From: Perkinsus chesapeaki ATCC PRA-425
Taxonomy: Eukaryota; Protista; Perkinsozoa
Direction of reading: 5' to 3'
DNA: 44,614 nucleotides
Assembly (NCBI GenBank): GCA_013115145.1
Contig: JAAPAO010000269.1
Location: 1 to 44,614, forward strand
A program made the position numbers and the translations under genes. The stretch's first letter is position 1. Each line of letters starts with the position of its first letter. Below the pieces are notes generated by a model, which saw only the letters and a program-made list of their open reading frames with translations, was not told where the DNA came from and ran no database searches. Shown here in pieces: positions 35,209-44,614 of this stretch.

Positions 35209-36787
35209 ATGTTATCGCTGCTCTGGTTCATCCTACCAGCCAAGCCAGCTACCCATTCCCCCCAGGACCTCATCTACGGTCCAATAACAGTGAAGTCTAT
35301 CACTATTAATGTCATAGAAATGACTTTATTAGCATCAGTAACGGCAAACCGGCTCACCTGCCTGTCAGCGTGTCTATCAGTTGCTGGGCTTCGTATTGCT
35401 GCGTTCCAAACTGCTGCCGGAATCTTGGAAGAAGCCACACGAGAAGGCCAAGAAGTATTCGCGGACATCGGCGGAGCTAGTATTAGTTGTAAGCTTTCGT
35501 ATTATGTTAAAACTGGATGTTTGTAATGTAGGCGGTCCACAACGCTTTGGTGGTGCTCATGTGCCTGATAGCGGCGAACGCTTCAACTAGGACGAGTCGG
35601 AATTGGTGGGCACTCCATGCCTTCTCCTTTGAGATTGGATATGAAGTGTTTGATCTGGTCAATACCAACAGGCGTACTAGGGGGGGGAGTGTCAGTGCCT
35701 CGCTTACCTTTTAACGTCCAAACCTTTACCTGTAGCTCTGGACGTAGCTACTCCCGCGAACCTCTGATCCTCATTATTACCCTGGGAATCTCTGCGTTGG
35801 TGCGAGATTGTCTGTTTTTTCTATAGCAGTAAATTCAAAAAAGCAGTAAAGTCAACAGCAGTATAATAAAATAATAATGAGAAGTAAGTGTCAAGTTAAC
35901 TCGATACCTTTTAATCCTGATTTCGCCTTAAGTGGAATCAGTTTATAAAAGTGCTCGAGAAAGATGAAAGATACGCTAGTTTGAAGATAGGCAAAAAACG
36001 ATGATAGGAGGTTGTAGCAGTACTAGGGTGTCTCAGGTCTATCTCCGGATGCGTTAATCCATCACATTTGCTCCCCGGTAGCGATACTAACATCAGCGTT
36101 CACTAGTACTAATGTCAACCTACTACTGCATTTGGCGATCTGTATGGACTTTTCGGGAGCTTGGTTGGCCCTGTGCAAGCTGGTGTCACGACACCATGCT
36201 GGGGCCGATGAGGGTAAAAGGAAGTCAAGTCATGAGTATAGAAGGATGCTGCTTGTGTAATAGGGCATTGGAACCCATGGGGTGCTTGGGCAGGCTCACC
36301 TCCGCCTTGATCGTTGGTCCTGTAATAGTTGTTGGGAACGGCCACTGTGAGGCGGCTGGATAGATTTGTGTGTGCGTCCGCTTTTACCAGTTTTCCTTCG
36401 GTGGTATCGGCGACAACTGCGGGATTTGAAATTCGTAATGGCAATATGACTAGGAGCTGCACGAAGGAGTTATTAATAGGTTTTTGGTGAATATGAGAAA
36501 GTGTGGTAGTTGTTAAGATAATAGAATAATATTAAATGCATTATCAATTATCGAACGATCCATACCTTCTATTTGTAGGATTGCAACTCGTCTTTCTGTT
36601 CAGGTACCTGCCATGTAGGGTTATCCTTCCTACATATGACATAGCTCTCATCCTAGAGCAATTGTGTTATCTCGACAACCCCTTCGGTACCTGGTCGTTG
36701 CCCCCGGACTGGACGAGACCCTATATATGGTCAATGTCAGTTCTAATGGCGTTCAATGGATACTTCTGTTGGGTAGGTTTTCAATAA
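35209..36787 (+). CDS. TLC-domain (TRAM/LAG1/CLN8; TLCD/TMEM56-like) membrane protein, multi-exon; ends uncertain
   Basis: Spliced segments AVHNALVVLMCL, HAFSFEIGYEVFDL, ICMDFSGAWLALCKL, LVFLFRY and VLMAFNGYFCW resemble TLC motifs (VHA, S.GYF.YD, E.ST.FL, F..R, LN.YW). Recognised by eye only. Confidence 0.5.
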
Positions 36788-37680
36788 TTTTCCGTCGGTT
36801 TTACTTTGCGGTGATTTGGGAGTCACTTGCTTAATTTGGGTAGAGAACCTTTGTGATGCCGGAGGGTGGAAAAATGATATCGTGGCTTTTTGCAAGTGAC
36901 CAGCATTTAGGGATGATCTCTTGCCTTGCCACCATGAGCATTTGTATTGTTGTAGATGCTTGTAAAGAAGGCATTCCCTGGAAGATTCCCTCAAGCTCAG
37001 ACTGGGCACCCGGGCAACGACTATGACGTACCACTCCGTGATAGGCTTGTTGGCCCATATGACCCCGCTGAGGACTATACGATAATTGAGTCACCAGGCG
37101 TAGCTGTATGATTATGGCGCACATATTTTATATCATTGTTGTACTTGAGTTATCAGTGTTGCAATATACTGGGTGTCCCAGAAGAAATGTGCTTTCTTGA
37201 ATAACTTCTTCAGGAGGGCGAATATTTCCGCGACACGTGCGGCGTTCAAAAGCTGTCGAGATTGTCTTTCTGATGCCACAATCATATTCGATGGGGTTGG
37301 TGAGGAACGCATATTCTAAAATCTCATAAGAACTGTGACAATGGTAGAGCCGAAAATTTAAGGGAGAATTGATGCTTCATAATTTTGCGGAAATTGTGGG
37401 ATTTCCCTACTGCCTGTGAGCTTCATTTGTTTTATAATGTTGAACCCCACATCGTTCCTTCATCCCACATTAGAAGTAGCAGCTGGTAGAGCTACATCGG
37501 CAGCAGCAGCAGCGAGCTCGATTGTTGGGAGATCGTCTATAAGTTCCGATGGTCACCATCAGGCTACTGGGCCGTACTGTGTTATATCGGAGCCATGTGT
37601 ACTGGGGTTAATAGCAAAGGAGGCACAAGTAGTAGAGGGTGGGTCGTGATACTGGTGATATTGCAGAGTAAATTGCAGTA

Positions 37681-37746
37681 TGCCCCCTGCGAGGGTCGAA
37701 CCCAGGATCTTGCGGTTGTTAAACAGCCGTTGGTCCCTTTGGGGAC
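37681..37746 (-). pseudogene. Degenerate tRNA-Asn-like pseudogene or tRNA-derived element lacking the D arm
   Basis: Minus strand GTCCCC..CGGCTGTTTAACAACCGCAAGATCCTGGGTTCGACCCTCGCAGGGGGCA: acceptor-like ends pair, CGGCTGTT(+4 nt)AACCG resembles the tRNA-Asn anticodon arm, and a B-box is present. 66 nt long. Confidence 0.5.
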
Positions 37747-38984
37747 ATATGGACTATTGCTCTGTCGAGTGCTGCATCGATATTGTGTACTTTTCATATC
37801 CTGTATCAAATCCACTGACCGAACGATTAAAATTGAAAATGGCCTTCTAACGGTATGTGATTGGTAGTGGTACTTGAGGGATTGAGAAGTATTAATTTTA
37901 AAATTACGATGGAATCAGCTGAAGTAGAGGGGGTCTGATTTAGCCTTCAATTCAGCATAGAGTTGCTGCTGTATTATCAAACACGGTTTTCTCGAACACT
38001 TGTTTCGTACGGGGGTTAATAGCTGTAGAGGGAATGGGGAAAAATTGCAGTGATAAAATTGGGAATCCTGTCTTGGTTATTATGTGGTGTTGCGGTTCAT
38101 TATTTGTTCGTTATATTATATATCTATTGTGCCCTTCTATTGCGGTGCATACTCTTCCCGGTTATCAAGGTCGATGATAGAGCTATTGCGGCGCTTCCTG
38201 TTGAAATTGCCTGTTGTATGAAATTTAAGTTGAGCTCTTTTTGCGCTGTCCGCTGCCAGGAGGATGCATCCCACTCTGGTATTTATCCAATATGGTTATA
38301 TAATGAAACAAGTTAATAGATAGAGGAAGTAGAAGGCATTTCCAAGAGCAGCTTTCGAACGCCGTATTTTTACGCACTGTTGAAAAAGTATCCAAGAAAG
38401 CGCTTCTTCTGGGACACCCTATAGATTCGAGAGATTCTGCATATCCTCTTCCTTCCGCAGGCTCCCCTTCCGCGGTACACACTGGACACTCTTCTCGCCT
38501 TACAGCAGTTCAATAAGGATGAAAGGACTGCTCATTTGTTACATAATCTTAAGAGAGGTGATATCTGCTATATCTACCGGACATGGCATTCCCATTACAG
38601 GGGTCGCTATCTGCGGGTACGAGCTGCAGTGCTATCCATTCGGCTTTGCCAGCCAACCGTCGGTGAAGCGTGTGGTTGACAACTACTTGCAGGATTTCAA
38701 GGATATTAACAGGTGGAAAGAGAGGAAATTTTCGGTAAAATTTTCCATGGTTTTCCGTCCGTGTTAGGTTGCAAGCCAGCATGGGTGATGATATAAGATG
38801 GAGTCCGCAGGTGAAGGCGGTTATGAGCGGTATATTTACCCGTCATAAAGGTTAGTTGGAGAAAAGACTGGGAAAATGATGAAGCCCTCATTCTTTACGG
38901 TGGCATGGGTTTGCTGCTTTGTAGACTGAGCGTAGTGGCTTTCTTGTACTCAAAATGAGCTTCTTGATGATGATATTCGAAACA

Positions 38985-39818
38985 CAGGAGATGCACCTGA
39001 TAAGCGCGGTAACCAGGGAACCGCGGTGTGGTTTTCGTAAAAACCGCGAAATGGTAAATCGAATTACCACCTCGCGCGATACCGCCACCAAATACGGCGT
39101 TTTCGCGGTTACCACATGACCAGTATCGCGGTAATACGCGGTTATCGCGAGGAGCGGTAAGGTAAACGCGATTACGTGGTAATCATTACCACACCCCTAC
39201 ATAAAACCGCGGTAAATATCGAAAAAGGTCGCGGTAATCGCGGTAAAACCGCGATGGAAAGCAGCACAACTGCGGATCGAACTGAGGACCTTACGATTCT
39301 AAGCATAGCACTCCAGCGTATTGCACTACAGATCTGCGTTTCCAACACAACGTCTACATTTTTTATGAACATGCGCGTCTAGTCGGTTGAAGCATCCGAT
39401 TCTCAGACAAAGGGAATAAGAAGACCTGTCACGAGTTACTCGCGGAATAGCCCAGTTCGGTTCGATTTGAAAACATGCCTATATAATATAGGCTATATAT
39501 CTCGTGAGTAGAAAGCCCATGCCTCAGAGGGTCGCCGACATACGGCTAAAAGGCATCAAGGGGTGCTTAAGCGAGCATGAGACCGTTATTCTAGGAGTTC
39601 GAAGTCGTGAAAAGTTTGGCAGAACGTAGGTTTAGGAGTTATCTAGGTTGAGCATGCTGGCGTAGGAAGCAAGTGTTGGTACATCGTGGTAACCGTTGCG
39701 AAGTGAAAACCGCGTTGGGCGGTTTTCATGGTTTTCTGCTTCTTTGCGCGGTTTTCGTGAAGTGGTAAGCGGTATTCGGTTACCGCTAGCGGTTACCATA
39801 TCGCGGGTGCATCTCCAG
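38985..39818. mobile_element. Non-autonomous DNA transposon/MITE, hAT-like, about 830 bp
   Basis: Perfect 11-bp TIR GGAGATGCACC (38987-38997) / GGTGCATCTCC (39806-39816), extendable to 13 bp with one mismatch. Dense subterminal arrays of AAAACCGCG/CGCGGTAA motifs in both orientations at both ends. No transposase ORF and no clear TSD. Confidence 0.75.
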
Positions 39819-41040
39819 AGAATGTACTGGTAAGTAGTAAATAGTTGAACCCGTTATCTTTTAATATTTGCTAATAATAAATATTAGTAATTTAGTATTA
39901 ATTGTTCAAGTTTGTATATATGAAGACGCCGTATCCTTTCTGCGGTGCTTATTGTGCATCTTATTTTCCGATCTGATGTGGCAATCTGAGCTGGGCTTCT
40001 AATAGGTACAATGATCGATATCGCCCGAGGGGTTTTGGAGTTCCAAGAGACCTTACGGACTCAGGTAGCCCACTCCAGATGCCACAGTATTGGAGTCTTT
40101 ACTTTCTATACTAGTATGATGGTCGTTGTACCCTTTTGCACACTCGAGAGTCGGTACCAGCAATCACTCATATCGAGCGGAAATTAGATGACTTCTTCTC
40201 TACAAGGATATCCTGCAGGTAGGCATTCTGGGCTCACCACGGATACGTTGCTCTATCCTAGATTAATGATATCGCACATTCTGGCACTGAATGAGACCGA
40301 AGGAAAGGAGACAGGCTCAGCACACAAGGGTGATGGGCCTAATCCCAGCAGCATGCATATGCTTGACGAGAAGCCTCGAATAGTTGGTAAGTGTCACAGG
40401 AGTGGGCCACTTCGTCTGGGCCACTAGCATCTTTGGAAGATATTTCGATTTTTGCGGTCTATATAAGTAGCTTCCCTTGTTTGAGTGAGATTGTCGAAAA
40501 CCATAAGGGCATTCTTTGTGCCTTACGCCATATGGAACTAAGTCTTTAGGAATCCTAACTTAGGATCGTTGACCAATGGCGGCCTCCTGACTCCTGGCTC
40601 AGGACTCCAACACACCGTATCTTCCTTACTCTAGCCGTTATAGTAGAGTGAATAACGCTCATGGTGAATCTTGTGGTATCAGTGAACTGAGGATACGCGA
40701 ATTAAAGCGAGTAAAAATGCCGCAATGAGGATACCGGTGGGTATCTTCATCGGTCAACCGCTTCATGTACAACCGGTGTGTCGGCGCGCTAGACCGGTGA
40801 CTTTCCAGCGTGGTTTTGAGTATAGTGATTCCTAGTGAAATGACCAGTGCTGATATTAACGCATCCTGTGTAGCATCCACTTGGGGTGATTATTGAATGA
40901 TCATCAACGACTGGAGATTCGTCTGATTACTACAATACGTATCATTTGAATATGTTAATTAGAAGGTTGACCAATACCGTCATTCCGCGTCGAAATATCC
41001 GGTAGCTGCCATTTGAAGATTTCTCCGGTGGTCCTTTCAG

Positions 41041-42616
41041 GCGCGCTGACAACGAACACTATGCCAGTTCTCGTACTGCAACAGGCATTTGAAGCAGCTA
41101 AATATATGTGTCGTAGAGACTATCATGGTTTAGCACCAGGTAAGTATAGGGACTCGTGGGGTAGTAACTGAGAATATGACAGTGGTATGAGATACAGGAA
41201 TGCTGGCCTTTTGTGAGCACTGTGTGCTGGGTGGTTATGATGGTTTGCGCTTTAAGAACTCTTCCTCTGCTTCAGATTTAGTTGTCAATGGTATGTCTTT
41301 AGAGGAGTACTTGACAGTAGCCCCACCACAGAGGAGCTTCGCGTATGTTGCCCAACATCTATTTTACATATTCCTAGAAATCCTAAAGGTCAGTGAACTG
41401 CTGCATACGCGTTGTAATGTGTCTATACAGAATGCAATGAGGGCCACTGTTGAGAAGGGACTGTTCGATGCCGGTGGTGACTATGATCGGTGTAGAGAGA
41501 CTGGGTAAGAGATCCTTCCATGGAGCTTGAACTCCCATAGCCGCGGAGGTTGGGTCTGGGCGCGCTCCGCGCACGTTCGTGAGGATGGTCTCGTCAGTCC
41601 AGCCCACGGCGCGTGCGGTGTGCGCAGGCTACTCTGTGTCCTGGTGTGCGACGGTTTCGCATGCCTAGGGGCAAAGGAGCCTCCTCCGTGTCAAGGGGTG
41701 TGGAATGGAGGGGTTTGGTGCGGTACTCGGCACCCGTCAACTCTGAACTTCTTTTTCGCTGTGGTGGCGCTTGCCGCATAGCTGCGGGCGCGCGCCGCGA
41801 CTTTGTGTCGCGAGGGGACTGCGCATTCTTCCCTCCGCTCGGAGGACTTCACGGCAAGGAAACAGTTGCTTCCGTCTACCGGAAAATTGGGAAGTATCTT
41901 AGGTTGCCGCCGGTCGTTGTGACACTGCCGGATCTGTCTTCGATGTGGGACTTCGAGAGGACGATAAAGATAGCCGACAAAGGATATGGAATGAAACGGG
42001 AAATTTTAAAAAGGGTAAGGTCTTATTTTACTTGAGAGAGCATTGCGTATTTAGGCAAGCTCCTATTTCTATTCTTCGGCCACTCACAAGCCAGATGGCA
42101 CACAAGAGCTCCCCGATTTCGATTCCCGAGCTCCCCTCGCTGGATTTGGTTTCGGCCTTCCTATCTCTAAAGTCATGGCGAGGTAAGAGTTATGTGCATG
42201 CGTGTTTTGCGCACGCGTGCTGACCGTTACTTCTGCTTGAGCTAATCCGGTCTCTGTTTGAGAAAGCTAACATAGCTCTGTATCGAATAAGTTCGGATGA
42301 TTTTTTACCGAGAGACTTGGAACTCGTGCTAGTCCCACTTGCTCATGAATGAGGATTTCATGATCGCTATTGAGGTAACTGGATTAAGTTAAACGCATCG
42401 GTTTTGCGCCTACGTCCGTAGCACACCAGAATGGGATAATTGCAATGGCATATTTGACTGAATACTGCGGTGATGCTGTATGTGATGGATCATTCTATCA
42501 GATATTTTAATGGTGACCTGGAAGTTAATAGTATTCCTGGCGCGGGTAGTAGGTTTGTCACCTTTGCCTTCGGCCACTTTTGCTCCTCAGGCACGGATGT
42601 CTACATTTATCTGTGA
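41041..42616 (+). CDS. Mitochondrial pyruvate/branched-chain alpha-ketoacid dehydrogenase kinase (PDK/BCKDK family); multi-exon, N-terminal exons (about 40.7-41.0 kb) unresolved
   Basis: LQQAFEAAKYMCRRDY, FAYVAQHLFYIFLEILK|NAMRATVEK (N-box), TIKIADKGYG (G1), SYFYSSA, PLAGFGFGLPISKVMAR|YFNGDLEVNSIPGA|GTDVYIYL*. Confidence 0.9.
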
Positions 42617-42846
42617 TAGTCAGATATTTAGTGCGACTCGTGAGTAATTATCCTTCCGTTCTCAACTGCATTTCCATCTTCTGACTCATTCACCCACAAC
42701 GATCGTCAACTGTTGGTTTCCGTTATTATTGCTATAATGAATACTACTTGTTTCTCAGTAGTCCTCCTCACTGTTGCGTTCTATTTCCCGAACACTTGTT
42801 GGCTCTTAGTTTTTCCCGCCTAGTACAGATCTACCCTCGATTCTCC

Positions 42847-43230
42847 ATGCCACCGTGCTACTTGATTCTTAGCCTTATAGTGTCATTGGTCTTGTCTTTC
42901 GAGTTGAAGGGCAAGTACTCTGGAAAGTATCCGAAGACCGATCCTGTGATCACTGTGAATATGACTTTCCGTGACGATGTATTCGATTTTGAGGCCACCC
43001 ACGCTGGCAAGTTCGCCACGGCTCAGGGAGTACCTTTTCGTCGCGATTCCACTGATAAAATCCATATCGCTACGGCCCATGAAGAATTGGTGAAAGCCTT
43101 CATGGAGTTGAACTGCCCGACGAGCCCTTCCGCTACTCTAGAAGGCCTAAAATACGATGACAAGAAGAATAGAGTATGGAAGAGATATTACGTTTTTGGC
43201 AAATTCATATTATATCACATTGAGACTTAA
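42847..43230 (+). CDS. Small intronless secreted hypothetical protein (about 127 aa)
   Basis: Signal-peptide-like MPPCYLILSLIVSLVLS followed by a beta-rich domain (GKYSGK..VNMTF..FDF..LKYD). Uninterrupted ORF. Confidence 0.65.
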   Translation: MPPCYLILSLIVSLVLSFELKGKYSGKYPKTDPVITVNMTFRDDVFDFEATHAGKFATAQGVPFRRDSTDKIHIATAHEELVKAFMELNCPTSPSATLEGLKYDDKKNRVWKRYYVFGKFILYHIET

Positions 43231-43936
43231 CGTCGATCTCAGAGTTGCTATTACAGAATGTTGTATCAGTGCATCAGTGCCAACTGAGCTGTTTTTTTCG
43301 TACAGCGAGCTGCTGTCAGCCTCTCGGTTGTAGATCACAGGGGCCATTCGAAACTGGACTATCACTCTCATTCCTTCTTGTGTTCGGAAATGGTATTTGA
43401 TTCATGTTAACGACCTTGGCGAATACCTTTCGCGTTGAAATGTGGAAGTGCGTTGATGTCTATTACTTACTACTCCATTTTATCGAACACTAACACCTTT
43501 ATAAGATAGAATGCTTACCGTCCAAGCCGACCTCCCCAATCACTTGTGCGGCATCACTGTTTGCACCAGTAGTACAAAACTATTCTGTCATGAACAATAC
43601 TCCTTATGGTGACTCTGCGGGTTGCTAGTGATTTGCTAATAGAGACAATACTACACTGGATGAAATAGGGAAGGAATGCCTAGTTATGAGCCAGTAATTA
43701 CTCGATAGAGCTGCATCATCTTCTTAGTCTTAGCTTAGCTCTTATCTTCTCCATCGGAACAGACCCATTGTGTGCTACAGAGGATTGGTACAGTGACAAG
43801 GATGCGCTAGCGTCCTGCATGCCCCCCAGCTGCGCGAATCATCAGTAGCACAGAAATAGAGTAGTTCGGCTTGCATTTCAAATAGACACAGAGATGCACT
43901 CATCGCATCGAAACCCACCGTACACTTCACGTCACG

Positions 43937-44070
43937 TGACTCTACACGTGAGTCACGTGTAGAGTCATCAATGACATGCGCCTCTCGCGTAGAGCAAGCT
44001 GTATCATACGCGTCTCGCGTAGAACAAGCTGTATCATACGCCTCTCGCGTACAATGAGCTCTCATCACGA
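43937..44070. repeat. Perfect 15-bp-arm hairpin palindrome followed by a 30-bp tandem repeat (about 3 copies)
   Basis: TGACTCTACACGTGA-G-TCACGTGTAGAGTCA at 43937-43967. Repeat units start at 43981, 44011 and 44041 (CCTCTCGCGTAGAGCAAGCTGTATCATACG). Confidence 0.85.
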
Positions 44071-44614
44071 GATGATATCTTCGGGCTTCATCGAACCCTT
44101 TGAAAGCCCATGACTTCTACTGAGATCACCTCAGTCTAGGCAACCCTGGGAATTAATCATCAGTGCATCGTGCTACTCGGGCAGCATATCACCATGCGTT
44201 CGCACAGGGGGGGCGAGTCTGACATTAATTGATTTTAAAAAACTCGTTATACCTTTCGAAGACGGGGAACAAAATGAGCTATGTCTCGCATTGATATTCG
44301 AAGGGGTTGAGGAGTTACATTCGGGAACGGATACCGTCTACTTAATACTATTAAGTTAATAGCTAGCAGGTTCGCGATGCGCAGCACGAAAGATGGCAAA
44401 TAAAGGGTGTTTCAATGACATTGCATATCAGCATTTGTATTGAGAAGTGTTTCAAAGACCATCCCTGTTGTTAGTTGTATTGTTGGTATCGACATAACCA
44501 CTATGACGCCAGCCATCCCGTACAAAGACAGATTCTGCAACTAGTAACTCAAAGGCACGAGTATTTAGTAGAATAAGATATTAATGTATTAACTAGGAAA
44601 TATGTAGGTAATAG

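Noticed and set aside
36743-37124. Retroelement integrase H2C2-like text (GHMGQQ..CPG..ECLLY) on the minus strand
   Set aside because: It needs frameshifts, lacks the second Cys and a DDE core, and no LTR or RT is nearby. It cannot be supported without an HMM search.
39172-39382. Overlapping ORFs inside the MITE as a transposase remnant
   Set aside because: They derive from the subterminal repeats and show no hAT transposase motifs.

Overview
Gene-dense eukaryotic genomic DNA with many very short (about 40-55 nt) GT-AG introns, so the six-frame ORF track fragments most genes. I rebuilt gene models by hand from splice sites and frame continuity. Intron size, gene content and intronless lineage-type secreted ORFs suggest an alveolate, most likely Perkinsus (inference, not searched). 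In order, the window holds: PIG-B GPI mannosyltransferase; a SAM methyltransferase with a spliced C-terminal MYND-like zinc finger; transketolase copy A (+); an Arc1p/AIMP1(p43)-like GST + tRNA-binding OB-fold protein; holocytochrome c synthase; two tandem SLC22/MFS transporters; low-complexity and secreted hypothetical proteins; transketolase copy B (-, inverted relative to A); a large polytopic GT2-fold protein with degenerate catalytic motifs; a classical 8-repeat Pumilio protein (-); a TLC-domain protein; a hAT-like non-autonomous element; and a PDK/BCKDK-type kinase. The most notable signals are the GT2 pseudoenzyme candidate, two paralogue pairs with patchwork near-identity (gene-conversion-like), the methyltransferase-zinc finger fusion, tRNA-derived B-box fragments (two of three inside introns), and a possible spliced-leader relic. 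All alignments were made by eye, and exon boundaries at the 5' ends of genes are the least certain part.
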